Positions 9,491 to 20,312 of a stretch of 64,000 bases of DNA are shown here, piece by piece (the first letter of the stretch is position 1; each line of letters opens with the position of its first letter). This stretch comes from an uncultured Bacteroides sp. Its GTDB lineage: Bacteria; Bacteroidota; Bacteroidia; Bacteroidales; GCA-2748055. The position numbers and the translations under genes were made by a program. Location: NCBI GenBank assembly GCA_964575865.1, contig CAZNSZ010000007.1:18931-82930 (forward strand), given 5' to 3'. The notes below the pieces were generated by a model. It was given only the letters and a program-made list of their open reading frames with translations. It did not search any database and was not told the origin of the DNA.

Positions 9491-11941
9491 TCAGGAAGGG
9501 GAATACCGGTCTTCCGGATCCATGCGAAGGGTCCGGATGCCGAAAACTGGTCCGGCATAATGGTTTTCGGTGGCCCGGAAGGTGATGGTCACATAACCTG
9601 AGGCGGTGAGCGGGGCAGGGATGGTGTACCATACCTCCCCTGGTTCATTGTAGGGTATCCCGGTCAGGTCCTCGGTGGCTATGGTGGTCCCGTTGACCTG
9701 GATCAGGAATTCCCTGGGGCCCCGGAACCCTCCCCAGTATACGACCTGCAGTCCGGTATCCTTTCCCCGGTCCGTTTTCATCCGGACCGAAAACCAGCCA
9801 TACCTGGACTCGATGGAGGGGTATCCGTTGAACCTGTAAAAGCCCGGATTCTCAGACCTGAAGTGATGCCCCTGTTCCCTGGGGTTATCAGCCGGGACCA
9901 CCCGGTCAATGGTCCGGGCCCTGATGGTTTCCAGCGCCCGTTCCTCTTCCATGATCTCGCGGAGACGGGATTTCCATCCTTCCTGGCTGTAAAGGTCCCA
10001 GTAGACGGTAAATTTCCTGTCATGGAGGGCATACAGCGGGGCCAGGAGAGCGGGTTCCGGACGGGTGGCCGTACAGCGGAACCGGTGCGTTCCTTCCGGT
10101 AGGGGCTCCAGCCAGCCGGACGGGTCCTTTTCCATGGTGACCAGACCGGGGATCCGGGCCTTTACAGGGGCATCCGGGTCGCTTTCGGAGCGATGCATTC
10201 CGGATCCCGCTGAATCTGAGGCCGGCCCCAGGTCCCCCGCCAGGACCAGCGGCCCGCAGAACACCGCCATGCGGGAAGGATTGTCGGGCATCTCCTCCGT
10301 CCTCAGCGCAAAAGGCATGTCCAGTTCCACCATATCGCCCTTCCTCCACTTACCGCGAAGAGAGATGAACGCACCCGGAGTGACCGATTTCCGTACAGGT
10401 TTTCCGTTGACCCTTACCATCAACCCTTCTCCGGCCCATTCAGGGATCCTCAGCCGGAGGGTCAGCCTGACAGGCCGTTCGTTCATGAACCGCAGCAGGG
10501 TTGCCTCCTCTTCCGGGAACAGGGTTTCCTGCCGGAGGATTATCCCCTTTTCCCGCCAGCTGAGTTCCGAGGCGATGAACTGGGTGACGAAAAGCTCCGA
10601 TTCTCCGTGAAAGTAAATGGCCTCCCCGTATTTGGAATGGTTTTCCATCCCGGTCCCGATGCAGCAGGTGAAATCATGGGGATCCTGGTACTCCTTGCTT
10701 CCCCCCATCTGCAGCGAATGAAAATAGAGCACCTCCCCGCTGAGCGGATGCTGTGAGGAGAGGATGTGATTGATCAGGGCCTTTTCATAAAAACCGGCCA
10801 CTTCCGGCGATGCGGACCACTGGAAGAGGTGTTTGGAAAGCTTCAGCATGTTGTATACGTTGCAGCTTTCGGAGGTGGCACTACCCAGCCGGTCACTGAG
10901 GCTGTCCGCAGGCCCGAAATATTCATGGAATCCGTGCGACCCGTTGGCATAGGAGTGGTGGTTCACCACCCGGTCCCAGAAGTACCGGGAGGTCGTCTCT
11001 TTCACCGGGTCCCCTGTGACCTCATAGAGCCTGGCCAGCCCGATCACTTTGGGGATCTGTGTATTCCCGTGTTTCCCGGGAAGAATGTCCTCGCCCCTTG
11101 AAAGGGGTTCAAGGATCTCCCGGTGGAAGAAGCGTTCAGCCAGCTCCAGGTATGTTCCGTTCCCGGTATCGCAATAAAGGTCGGCCAGCACCTCATTCAT
11201 TCCCCCGTGCTCGCACTTCAGCATCTCCTGTACCTGTGCTTCCGACAATTCCCCGAGTGTTACATCCAGCCAGTCCGCCAGCCCCTTTTCAACCTCCAGT
11301 GCTTCCGTAATGCCGCAGAGCCGGTATGCATCCCTCAGGCCCGCCATGATCTTATGCATGGTGTAGAACGGCGCCCAGATCCCGTTCAGGTAAAAGGAGG
11401 CGGCGCGGATCTGTCCCCCGCCAACCTCCTCCCGCAGGACCTTTTCTCCGCCGGTGAAGGCACCGATGTACCCCGTTCCGTTGTGCTGCTGGCAAAAGGC
11501 AAGTTCAGCGGTGATGTACCGGACCCTGTTCAGGAACGCACTGTCGCCGGTGGTCAGATACATCAGGGAGCAGCCGCTCAGGTAGTGCCCCAGGCTGTGG
11601 CCCGCCAGGCTCATGGCTTCCCAGCCGCCATAAGCGTCATCCCGGGGATCCAGACCCGCCTCCGTTCTGAATCCGGACAGCAACCGGTCGGGATCGTACC
11701 GGAGCAGCGAGCGGGCATTGGTGCGGGTTGCCTCCAGGAAGGGGCCTTCCAGGAGGGTCACCTCACCGAGGGAGAAGGGCATGCACCGGAGCACGATCCC
11801 GCCTTCCGTCACCATGTGTCCTGAGCGCAGGGGCATTCGGGGCGGCGCTTCCCGGCAGCCAGCCAGGAGTAAAAGAAACAGGGTTGCGGGCAGCCATGGC
11901 AGACATGGCAGGGATGTTGAAGCAAGCCGGAAGGGATGCAT
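9491..11941 (-). CDS. GH127/GH146 beta-L-arabinofuranosidase-like lipoprotein
   Basis: LAGC lipobox; EHGGMNE, HGNTQIPK, ESCNVYNMLKL, FTCCIGTGMENH motifs. Confidence 0.9.
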   Translation of the reverse strand: MHPFRLASTSLPCLPWLPATLFLLLLAGCREAPPRMPLRSGHMVTEGGIVLRCMPFSLGEVTLLEGPFLEATRTNARSLLRYDPDRLLSGFRTEAGLDPRDDAYGGWEAMSLAGHSLGHYLSGCSLMYLTTGDSAFLNRVRYITAELAFCQQHNGTGYIGAFTGGEKVLREEVGGGQIRAASFYLNGIWAPFYTMHKIMAGLRDAYRLCGITEALEVEKGLADWLDVTLGELSEAQVQEMLKCEHGGMNEVLADLYCDTGNGTYLELAERFFHREILEPLSRGEDILPGKHGNTQIPKVIGLARLYEVTGDPVKETTSRYFWDRVVNHHSYANGSHGFHEYFGPADSLSDRLGSATSESCNVYNMLKLSKHLFQWSASPEVAGFYEKALINHILSSQHPLSGEVLYFHSLQMGGSKEYQDPHDFTCCIGTGMENHSKYGEAIYFHGESELFVTQFIASELSWREKGIILRQETLFPEEEATLLRFMNERPVRLTLRLRIPEWAGEGLMVRVNGKPVRKSVTPGAFISLRGKWRKGDMVELDMPFALRTEEMPDNPSRMAVFCGPLVLAGDLGPASDSAGSGMHRSESDPDAPVKARIPGLVTMEKDPSGWLEPLPEGTHRFRCTATRPEPALLAPLYALHDRKFTVYWDLYSQEGWKSRLREIMEEERALETIRARTIDRVVPADNPREQGHHFRSENPGFYRFNGYPSIESRYGWFSVRMKTDRGKDTGLQVVYWGGFRGPREFLIQVNGTTIATEDLTGIPYNEPGEVWYTIPAPLTASGYVTITFRATENHYAGPVFGIRTLRMDPEDRYSPS

Positions 11942-12058
11942 GCGGAGAAGGGTGTACGGTTGAGTAAAGGTACTAAAATATACGGAGCGCCCGGGAAGGA
12001 TGAATATCCCCCTGGTTTTTTGTATTATTGCGGACTACAAATGGTCAAATAAAGCAAA

Positions 12059-13159
12059 GTGGGGAAGAGTAAAACCATTTTCATCATTTTAACCGCCTTC
12101 CTCTGGCAGGGCATTGCGAACGCCCAGGGGTGGGAACTGGTCTGGTCGGATGAATTTGACGGAGTGGAACTCAATACGGACAAATGGTCCATAATGACCG
12201 GTGATGGTACCGAGTACGGGATCCCCGGATGGGGGAACAACGAACTGCAATACTACCGGGCAGAGAATGTGAAGGTAAGTGAAGGGAACCTGGTGATCAC
12301 TGCCAGAAGGGAATCATTCGGAGGGAAGGGGTACACTTCCGGCCGGATCCGCTCCCTCGGGAAAGGGGACTGGACCTATGCACGGGTTGAATTCCGGGCC
12401 AGAATGGCACTGGGACAGGGCATGTGGTCGGCCATATGGATGCTTCCCTCCGAGGAAGTCTACGGAGGATGGGCCGCCAGCGGGGAAATCGATATCGTGG
12501 AGTGCATCGGCCACGAGCCCATGGTGGTGCACGGGACCCTGCATTATGGCGGGCAGTGGCCCAACAATACCCAGAGCGGGATGGGCTACACCACCGACGG
12601 CTGGTCCTTTGCCCAGCAGTTCCATGACTTTGCCCTGGAGTGGGAAGAGGGGGAAATGAGGTGGTATGTGGACGGAAACCTTTACCAGACACAATCCAGC
12701 TGGAGGACCTCTGCCGGGGCCCCGTTCCCTGCCCCGTTTGACCAGGAGTTCCACCTGCTGATCAACCTGGCCGTGGGAGGGAACTGGCCCGGGGCACCCG
12801 ATGCCACCACCCGGTTCCCGCAGGAGCTGACCGTCGATTATATCCGGGTCTACCAGCGGACCAGCACCGGATTAAAAAAAACGGACGGCGGATCCGCTCC
12901 CGGGATCAGGCTGGAGCAAAATCTTCCCAATCCCTTCACAGAGAACACCACCATCACTTTTCACCTTCCGGCAGCACAGCAGATCTCCCTTGAATTGTTC
13001 GATTCCCTTGGCCGGTCCATGGGCGTATTGAGGGAGGGGATGCACCAGCCAGGAACCTACACCCACCAGCTTGACGGGAAGGAACTTTCCAGGGGACTCT
13101 ATTATATCCGGCTTCGCAGCGGGGAGTCGGACCTGGTTCGCCGGCTGGTCAGGTATTGA
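12059..13159 (+). CDS. GH16 laminarinase-type beta-glucanase with T9SS type A sorting domain
   Basis: WSDEFDG, WGNNELQYY, EIDIVE catalytic motif; C-terminal QNLPNPFTENTTI...GLYYIRL. Confidence 0.92.
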   Translation: MGKSKTIFIILTAFLWQGIANAQGWELVWSDEFDGVELNTDKWSIMTGDGTEYGIPGWGNNELQYYRAENVKVSEGNLVITARRESFGGKGYTSGRIRSLGKGDWTYARVEFRARMALGQGMWSAIWMLPSEEVYGGWAASGEIDIVECIGHEPMVVHGTLHYGGQWPNNTQSGMGYTTDGWSFAQQFHDFALEWEEGEMRWYVDGNLYQTQSSWRTSAGAPFPAPFDQEFHLLINLAVGGNWPGAPDATTRFPQELTVDYIRVYQRTSTGLKKTDGGSAPGIRLEQNLPNPFTENTTITFHLPAAQQISLELFDSLGRSMGVLREGMHQPGTYTHQLDGKELSRGLYYIRLRSGESDLVRRLVRY

Positions 13160-13162
13160 TGG

Positions 13163-16021
13163 TCAGCCTGCCATGCACCGGTGCACCAGGTACATGACCG
13201 AGCGGTAATCGATCCCGCCGTTCCGGGAGAGTCCGATCTCACAGGTCCGGCTGTTGGAAAATCCCTCGCTGATCCCGTTGAGGGCGGGGCGGAGGTTTCG
13301 CAGGGCATAGCTGTTGAGGGCAGGATCGGAGATCCCCTTATCCCCTGCAAATCCGCAGCAGCCTACCTCTTCGGGGAACAGGGGATGTTCGCAGCAGGCC
13401 TTCGCCACGCGGATAAATTTTTCCTGCAGTCCCATCCGGGTGCTGCTGCAGGTGACATGGAACGCCATCTGTCTGGCCGAGGGTATGAGCTCCAGTTTAC
13501 CGAGCAGGTGATCGTGGATGAACTCCACAGGCTCATACAGCTTCAGTTTGCCTGAAAACACCTTCTTCATCCGGTGGATGCAGGGGCTGGTATCGCAAAG
13601 CACCGGGAGCCTCCCTCCATCGCTGGCCTTCAGCAGCGCTTCTTCAAGCCGGGCGGACATGGCATCGGCCAGGGTGTGGAATCCCTTGCTCTCCCACGGG
13701 GTGCCGCAGCAGAGCGACCGCATCCCCTCCGGGAACACCACCCGGTATCCCGCCCTGCCCAGCACCTCAAGGGTGATCTCGGTCAGCGGTCTTTTCTCCC
13801 TGTCCCTGCCCGAGGGCCCCATGCTCTGGTTGATGCAGCTGGGGAAATAGACCACTCCGGGAGGCTCCCCTGATTCCACCCTTCCATGGATAACGGTCAC
13901 AGGATCCACATTTTCACTCCCGGCATGCACGGAATCCCCGCTTTGCGGGAGGATATTCAGCGAGATCTTTCCAGGGATGCGTTTGCTGCGCACCGGCCGC
14001 GGCATGTGCCTGTCCCAGAAAAGGAATTTCCGCACCGGGATCACGCGTCCCGCCAGGGTCATGAAACCCAGTCCCAGTTCCACGGCCCCGTGCAGGGTAT
14101 CCAGGTGCCTGGAGGCCCATCCTGCAACGGGAAAGGCCCATCTTTTCCGCTCCTTCTCCGCTGCCCGGATCTTTTTAATCAGGGTACCCGTATCGATGGA
14201 GAGCGGGCAGGTTACGGCACAGAGCCCGTCCCCCGCACAGGAACCCTCGCCCTGGTACCGGAACCCCCTGGTCAGGTTCCGGGTTCTGGGGTTGTTGTTC
14301 CCACCCGAACGGAGCAGCGCCAGCTCCCGCTGGACCACGATCCGCTGCCGGGCCGAAAGGGTATAGCCCGTTGTGAGACAGTTCACCTCGCAGAACCCGC
14401 ATTCGATGCATCCGTCCACCGATTCATCCACCACCGGCATGGGTTTGAAGTGCTTCAGGTGGAGCTCCGGATCATCGCTGATGATCACCTGCGGGTTGAG
14501 GATCCCCTCCGGATCGAACGCCGATTTGATTCTCTTCATGACCCGGTAGAGCTTCTCCCCCCATTCATAGGCAACAAAAGGGGCCATGTTCAGCCCGGTC
14601 CCGTGTTCCGCTTTCAGCGAACCGTCATATTTTTCCACCACCATCCGCGTGAGCCTGTCGATCATCTCCCGGTATCTGGCCAGTTCGGCAGGATCCTGGA
14701 AATCCTGGGAGAAGATGAAATGGAGGTTTCCGTCCAGCACGTGACCGTAAATGACGGCTTCCCTGTAATCCAGTTCATCCAGCATGCTCCTCATCTCCAG
14801 AACCGCTTCGGTGAGCCTGTCGGCATGGACGGCAATATCTTCGATGATCACGCTGGTCCCTGGCCGCCGCATCCCTCCCACAGAGGGGAATACGCCCTTG
14901 CGTACATTCCAGTAACCGGCGATCTGCCGCGGATCGGCGGTGACTTCAAAATCGCGGACCAGTTTGAAACCGGCCAGGGCCTTTTTCGTGTCTCCGGTGA
15001 GCTGTTCCAGGTGCTCCTTCGACTCCGATTCCAGGTCGATGAGCAGTGCGGTCACCTCCTTCCCGAATTCCCGGATGTAGGACGGAATCCCCGGTTGTTC
15101 CTGAACGGACCGCAGGGCCTCCCGGTCCATGATCTCGATGGCCGGCACGGCTGCTGCGCGCAGGCGGGGCACCGCTTCGCATGCCGACGCCAGGTCTCTG
15201 AAGTAGATCAGTGAGGAGGCGCGGTAAGGCTTGACGGGGATGGTCCTGAAGGTGGCCTCGGAGACAAATCCCAGGGTTCCTTCCGATCCCACCATCAGGT
15301 GGAGGATCATCTCGATGGGATCGTCGCAGTCGGTCAGGGCATTGAGGCTGTACCCCGTGGTGTTCTTGATGCTGTATTTCTCCCTGATCCTGGCCAGCAG
15401 GGAAGGATCGGAGAGGATCCCGAACCGCAGGCCCGTCAGGGTGTCGATCAGTTCCGGTTTGCTTTCCCGGAAAGCGGTGCGGCTGGCAGGATCGCCCGTA
15501 TCCAGCAGGGTCCCGTCCGCAAAAATGATTCTGGCCGAGGCTATGGTAGCGAAACTGTTGGCGTGAATACCGCAGCTCATCCCGCTGGCATTGTTGGCAA
15601 TGATCCCCCCGACCATGGCAGAATTGATGGAGGCAGGATCGGGACCGAACTTCCGGCCGTACGGGGCCAGTACCTGGTTGAGCCTGGCGCCTGTGATGCC
15701 CGGTCCGGTCCGGATCAGCCGTCCCTGCTCCAGGACCTCGCAACGGTTCCAGTGGTCCCCCCTGGCCTGAAGGAGCACAGAATCGGAAATGGATTGTCCG
15801 GAGAGGCTGGTCCCGGCTGCCCTGAACGTGACGGGCACCTTTTTTTCGTGAAGGATCTTCAGGGCCCGGATGACCTCCTCCTCACTGCGGGGTTTCAGGA
15901 CCATTTTCGGGACCTTGCGGTAACATCCGGCATCGGCTGCCGTGGCAACCAGGGTCATGTCATCGGTAAAGACCCGATCAGGGCCGAGGGCCCGGGTGAG
16001 CTGATCAACCAGGTCGTGCAT
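13163..16021 (-). CDS. FAD- and Fe-S-binding D-lactate dehydrogenase (Dld-II type)
   Basis: FRAAGTSLSGQ, GPDPAS, LKAEHGTG, CIECGFCEVNC, CAGDGLC and two CCG motifs. Confidence 0.85.
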   Translation of the reverse strand: MHDLVDQLTRALGPDRVFTDDMTLVATAADAGCYRKVPKMVLKPRSEEEVIRALKILHEKKVPVTFRAAGTSLSGQSISDSVLLQARGDHWNRCEVLEQGRLIRTGPGITGARLNQVLAPYGRKFGPDPASINSAMVGGIIANNASGMSCGIHANSFATIASARIIFADGTLLDTGDPASRTAFRESKPELIDTLTGLRFGILSDPSLLARIREKYSIKNTTGYSLNALTDCDDPIEMILHLMVGSEGTLGFVSEATFRTIPVKPYRASSLIYFRDLASACEAVPRLRAAAVPAIEIMDREALRSVQEQPGIPSYIREFGKEVTALLIDLESESKEHLEQLTGDTKKALAGFKLVRDFEVTADPRQIAGYWNVRKGVFPSVGGMRRPGTSVIIEDIAVHADRLTEAVLEMRSMLDELDYREAVIYGHVLDGNLHFIFSQDFQDPAELARYREMIDRLTRMVVEKYDGSLKAEHGTGLNMAPFVAYEWGEKLYRVMKRIKSAFDPEGILNPQVIISDDPELHLKHFKPMPVVDESVDGCIECGFCEVNCLTTGYTLSARQRIVVQRELALLRSGGNNNPRTRNLTRGFRYQGEGSCAGDGLCAVTCPLSIDTGTLIKKIRAAEKERKRWAFPVAGWASRHLDTLHGAVELGLGFMTLAGRVIPVRKFLFWDRHMPRPVRSKRIPGKISLNILPQSGDSVHAGSENVDPVTVIHGRVESGEPPGVVYFPSCINQSMGPSGRDREKRPLTEITLEVLGRAGYRVVFPEGMRSLCCGTPWESKGFHTLADAMSARLEEALLKASDGGRLPVLCDTSPCIHRMKKVFSGKLKLYEPVEFIHDHLLGKLELIPSARQMAFHVTCSSTRMGLQEKFIRVAKACCEHPLFPEEVGCCGFAGDKGISDPALNSYALRNLRPALNGISEGFSNSRTCEIGLSRNGGIDYRSVMYLVHRCMAG

Positions 16022-16037
16022 GTCTAAAGTTAAATAT

Positions 16038-16045
16038 TATCTTTG
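16038..16045 (+). promoter_or_regulatory. Bacteroidota -7 promoter box (TATCTTTG) for the namZ operon
   Basis: Exact TAnnTTTG match 20 nt upstream of ATG 16066 in an AT-rich divergent gap. Confidence 0.7.
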
Positions 16046-16065
16046 TATTTCAAACGGATCCCTTC

Positions 16066-17307
16066 ATGAGAAAAATGCCTCGCGGATCGCATTTCGCCTT
16101 GATTTTCTTGATGTTACCTTGGGCCATACAGGCCACCGGACAGGTCAAACCAGGCATCGAGGTCCTCAGGGAGCGCGGATTTGACATCCTGCAGGGCAAA
16201 CGGGTGGGGCTGGTCACCAATCCCACCGGGGTGGACAGCAGGCTTAGGTCGACCATCGATATACTTTACGGGAACGTGGACCTCAGGCTCCTTTTTGCGC
16301 CGGAACACGGGGTGCGGGGAGAATTCTCAGCCGGCGACCATGTGGGTGACCGGGTGGACGACCGGACAGGGATCCCGGTGGTCTCGCTCTACGGAAGCAG
16401 CCGGAAGCCGGACGCAGAAGCCCTCGGCCAGGTGGACGTGATCGTCTACGACATACAGGATCTGGGAGTCCGCTCCTACACTTACATCAGCACCATGGGT
16501 CTGGTCATGGAGGCTGCGGCCGGGCATGACAAAGAGGTGGTGATCCTGGACAGGCCCAATCCCCTGGGGGGGCTCCGGGTGGAAGGCCCTCCGGTGGAAG
16601 AGGGATATCACTCTTTCGTCAGCCAGTACAACATTCCCTACGTGTACGGACTCACCTGCGGTGAGCTGGCCAGGTACCTGAACGGGGAGGGTCTGCTGGC
16701 CGGCGGGGTGCACTGCAATCTCCATGTAGTCCCCATGGAGGGATGGACCCGTTCCATGACCTTCGGCGATACGAAACTGCCCTGGGTACCCACCTCCCCG
16801 CATATTCCTTCAAAGGAAGCTGCTTTTGGCTATCCCGCCACCGGGATCATCGGGGAACTGGACGGCAGCATGATCGGTATCGGCTATACGCTTCCCTTCC
16901 AGGTGCTCGTCACCGACGCGGTTCCCGCAGAGGCGCTTGCCGATGCCATGAACGGGCTCGGCCTGAACGGCCTGATCTTCCGTCCCATCCATCTCCGGCC
17001 CTATTATACGGACCGGAAGGGCCAGACGCTTCAGGGGGTGCAGGTGCACATCACTGATCCGGCAAGGGCCCCCCTGACCGAGGTGCAATTCTGGTTCCTT
17101 CAGGAGGCGCACCGGCTCGATCCGGAATTCGATCCATTCCGGGGCAGGGAGGACCGTTACCGGATGTTCGACCAGGTGTGCGGCTCCGACCGCATGAGGA
17201 CCTCCCTGATGAAGGATTACAATTTCAAACCGTTAACCACCTACTGGAACGGACAGGCCCGGAACTTCAGAGAACGGGCCGCAGGCTATACCCTCTATAA
17301 ACAGTGA
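16066..17307 (+). CDS. namZ: DUF1343 exo-beta-N-acetylmuramidase (GH171)
   Basis: GLVTNPTG, FAPEHGVRG, DIQDLGVRSYTYI, LDRPNP motifs; signal peptide. Confidence 0.9.
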   Translation: MRKMPRGSHFALIFLMLPWAIQATGQVKPGIEVLRERGFDILQGKRVGLVTNPTGVDSRLRSTIDILYGNVDLRLLFAPEHGVRGEFSAGDHVGDRVDDRTGIPVVSLYGSSRKPDAEALGQVDVIVYDIQDLGVRSYTYISTMGLVMEAAAGHDKEVVILDRPNPLGGLRVEGPPVEEGYHSFVSQYNIPYVYGLTCGELARYLNGEGLLAGGVHCNLHVVPMEGWTRSMTFGDTKLPWVPTSPHIPSKEAAFGYPATGIIGELDGSMIGIGYTLPFQVLVTDAVPAEALADAMNGLGLNGLIFRPIHLRPYYTDRKGQTLQGVQVHITDPARAPLTEVQFWFLQEAHRLDPEFDPFRGREDRYRMFDQVCGSDRMRTSLMKDYNFKPLTTYWNGQARNFRERAAGYTLYKQ

Positions 17308-20300
17308 TGCATATGGACAGGATGCTGCGCGGATGCTCTATTCTTCTTTTATTTTTCCTTGGATGTCATGATGCCGTCGGCCAGATCCGCGGGGAATGGA
17401 CCGATTCGCTTGTGGCCGTTGAGACCAGGCGGGTGGCCGATTCGCTGCTGAACAGTGACTGGTTCAGCCGGATGACCGGGTATCAGAAAGCCGACAGTAC
17501 AGAGATCGACACGGTCCTGGTGTTCCATAAATCGGAGCAGATCCGGATCCGGGCCGACGAACAGCTGGCATTTGCACCCGTGAGGAGGAGTCTGCTGGAC
17601 AGCCTTGAGGGGGCAGTGTGCGCGGGGCTGGGGGAGCCTTACCGTGCATACAGCGTGGTGGTCTTCAGCGGCAACAGGGACCTCAGGGATTTGATCCCCA
17701 ACGCGTTCCGTGATAATCAAAGGGAGATCGACAGCGACCGTTCACCGGGAAGGCTGAAGAGGAAATCACCTCCCCTGGTGAGGAACCTCTCCAGGGAATT
17801 CCTTCCCGACGCCGCTCTCTATCACATGAACATCGCCCTCTGGCACAGCCACGGATGGTATTACGAACCGAAACTGAACAGGTGGGAATGGCAGCGGGCC
17901 AGGATCTTCCAGACCGTGGAGGATATCTATCCCATGTCCTATACCCTTCCCTTTCTGATCCCGATGCTTGAAAATGCCGGCGCCACCGTGCTGGTTCCCA
18001 GGGAAAGGGACTGGCAGGTCAATGAGGTGGTGGTCGATAACAATGGCAGCCACGGGAACAGCATATTCCTGGCGGCCGGAGAAGTGAAGCAGGGGCCGGA
18101 CAGTTCCGGTTTCGCTCTCGGCGAACCCCCTTATGTGGAAGAGAATCCGTTCAGGATCGGGACGTACCTGGAGATGGATTCGGACCGGCAGGGAAGCAGT
18201 ACCGTGCAGTACATTCCCGATATTCCCGACGATGGCGAATATGCGGTATATATCTCCTACCATGCCTCGCCCGATAATGCGGACGAAGTCATTTACACCG
18301 TTTACCATGACGGGGGAGTGACCGAATTTGCTGTCAACCAGCAGATGGGGGGAGGGACCTGGGTGTACCTGGGAAGATTCCGGTTCGGCAGCGGGCTCGA
18401 TCCCGAAAAGGGCAAGGTGGTGGTCTCCAACCGCTACGGCAGCTGGCGGCCGAAACGCATCACCACCGACGCCGTCCGTTTCGGGGGGGGCATGGGCAAC
18501 ATTGCACGGAACGGGATGACCAGTCTCCGTCCGCGGTACCAGGAGGCCGCGCGGTACAGCATGCAGTACGCCGGATTCCCGGACTCCCTTGTCTGGAAGC
18601 TCAATCCTGAAAATGACTACAACGATGATTACCAGTCCCGTGGCGAATGGGTCAATTACCTCATGGGGGCCCCCAGGGGACCGGCGGCGGACAGGAACGC
18701 TGCCGGGCTGGGGATCCCGGTGGACCTGTCCCTCGGATTCCATACCGATGCGGGCATTACCGGTAACGACACGGTAATCGGTACCCTGGGGATCTACAGC
18801 ACCAACCGGGACCGCGGGGTATTTCCCGGCGGGCTCTCCAGGATGGCCTCCCGTGACCTGACCGACCTGGTCCAGTCACAGATCGTGGAAGACCTCAGGA
18901 GCCTATATGATCCCGCCTGGACCCGTCGCGCCATGTGGGACCGGGGGTACAGCGAAGCCTACCGCCCCAATACCCCTGCCATGCTGCTGGAACTCTTCTC
19001 TCACCAGAACTTTATCGACATGCGGTTCGGACAGGAGCCCATGTTCCGCTTCCATGTCAGCCGGGCCATCTACAAGGGCATGCTCCGGTTCCTGGATGCA
19101 TTTTACGGTACCGGTTATGTGGTGCAGCCGCTGCCGGTGGGCCATCTCACGGGCACCATCCTTGATAAGGGGGAGATCTCCCTCAGCTGGCGTCCTGTGG
19201 CTGATCCGCTGGAGCCCACTGCAGTTGCCGGTTCATACCGGGTCTACACGCGGGTAAACGGCGGGGGGTACGACAACGGCACCCCGGTGACCGGGCCCCG
19301 TTTCGTGCTGGAGGCTCCCCATCCCGATTCGGTCTATTCCTTCAGGGTGACCGCGGTCAACGGAGGGGGGGAGAGCTTCCCTTCCGAAGAGGTTTCCGTC
19401 TGCATCGCGTCGGAGGGATCGGGGACCGTATTGATCGTGAACGCCTTTGACCGCGTATCCGGGCCCGCCTGGTTCGACGATACCGGGCATGCCGGATTCC
19501 TGGACATGGTCGATCAGGGGGTCCCCTTCGGCATGGATCTCCATACGGTGGGATCGCAGTTCGATTTCAGGAAAGATTCCCCCTGGCTGGACGATGATTC
19601 TCCCGGACACGGGGCATCCTACGCCGACATGGAGCCCTTTATCATCCCCGGCAACAGCTTCGATTTCAGCCGGATCCATGGAAATTCCATCCTGCAGGCG
19701 GGGTATTCCTTCGTCACGGTAAGCGATGAGGCGGTCCTGGACAGCCTGGTGGAACTTTCCGCATATGAGGTGGTGGATTACCTGGCCGGGGAGGAGCGGA
19801 CCACCTTCCTGCCAAAGAACGACTCGGTTCCCCTTTATGCGGTCTTTCCCGGCAGGATGCTGTTCCTGCTGGAGGATTACCTGGAAGGTGGCGGGAGTCT
19901 TTTTCTGTCAGGGGCCCACGTGGCCACCGATGTGCACCTTCAGGGACAGGATTCGCTGGCAGCTTCGGTGCTCGGGTACCGGTGGCGGACCAGCAATGCC
20001 TCACGAACCGGCTCCTTTTACTTCATGGACGGGCAGTTTGCAGCCCGGGGTGACCGGTTCCTGTTCAATACCGGGTACGATCCCGTGATCTACACCGTGG
20101 AAGGGGCCGATGCACTTGAACCGGCGGACTCTTCCGCATTTACACTGATCAGGTATTCCGAAAACAACATGAGTGCCGGGGTGGCCCGGACGGGCAATGG
20201 CCGGGTGGTCTCCATGGGATTTCCGTTCGAGGCGGTCAGGGACCAGGGATCCCGCGACCTGATCATGCGCAGGACACTGGAGTTTTTAACCAACCGCAAA

Positions 20301-20312
20301 GAGAATGAATAG
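17304..20312 (+). CDS. Amidase_3-like / golvesin-like / FN3 multidomain protein (commonly annotated xanthan lyase)
   Basis: WHSHG, TVED, FHTDAG, LLELFSH motifs; [12 protein letters not shown]...TDAVRFGGG block; FN3-like [17 protein letters not shown]. Confidence 0.7.
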   Translation: MMHMDRMLRGCSILLLFFLGCHDAVGQIRGEWTDSLVAVETRRVADSLLNSDWFSRMTGYQKADSTEIDTVLVFHKSEQIRIRADEQLAFAPVRRSLLDSLEGAVCAGLGEPYRAYSVVVFSGNRDLRDLIPNAFRDNQREIDSDRSPGRLKRKSPPLVRNLSREFLPDAALYHMNIALWHSHGWYYEPKLNRWEWQRARIFQTVEDIYPMSYTLPFLIPMLENAGATVLVPRERDWQVNEVVVDNNGSHGNSIFLAAGEVKQGPDSSGFALGEPPYVEENPFRIGTYLEMDSDRQGSSTVQYIPDIPDDGEYAVYISYHASPDNADEVIYTVYHDGGVTEFAVNQQMGGGTWVYLGRFRFGSGLDPEKGKVVVSNRYGSWRPKRITTDAVRFGGGMGNIARNGMTSLRPRYQEAARYSMQYAGFPDSLVWKLNPENDYNDDYQSRGEWVNYLMGAPRGPAADRNAAGLGIPVDLSLGFHTDAGITGNDTVIGTLGIYSTNRDRGVFPGGLSRMASRDLTDLVQSQIVEDLRSLYDPAWTRRAMWDRGYSEAYRPNTPAMLLELFSHQNFIDMRFGQEPMFRFHVSRAIYKGMLRFLDAFYGTGYVVQPLPVGHLTGTILDKGEISLSWRPVADPLEPTAVAGSYRVYTRVNGGGYDNGTPVTGPRFVLEAPHPDSVYSFRVTAVNGGGESFPSEEVSVCIASEGSGTVLIVNAFDRVSGPAWFDDTGHAGFLDMVDQGVPFGMDLHTVGSQFDFRKDSPWLDDDSPGHGASYADMEPFIIPGNSFDFSRIHGNSILQAGYSFVTVSDEAVLDSLVELSAYEVVDYLAGEERTTFLPKNDSVPLYAVFPGRMLFLLEDYLEGGGSLFLSGAHVATDVHLQGQDSLAASVLGYRWRTSNASRTGSFYFMDGQFAARGDRFLFNTGYDPVIYTVEGADALEPADSSAFTLIRYSENNMSAGVARTGNGRVVSMGFPFEAVRDQGSRDLIMRRTLEFLTNRKENE

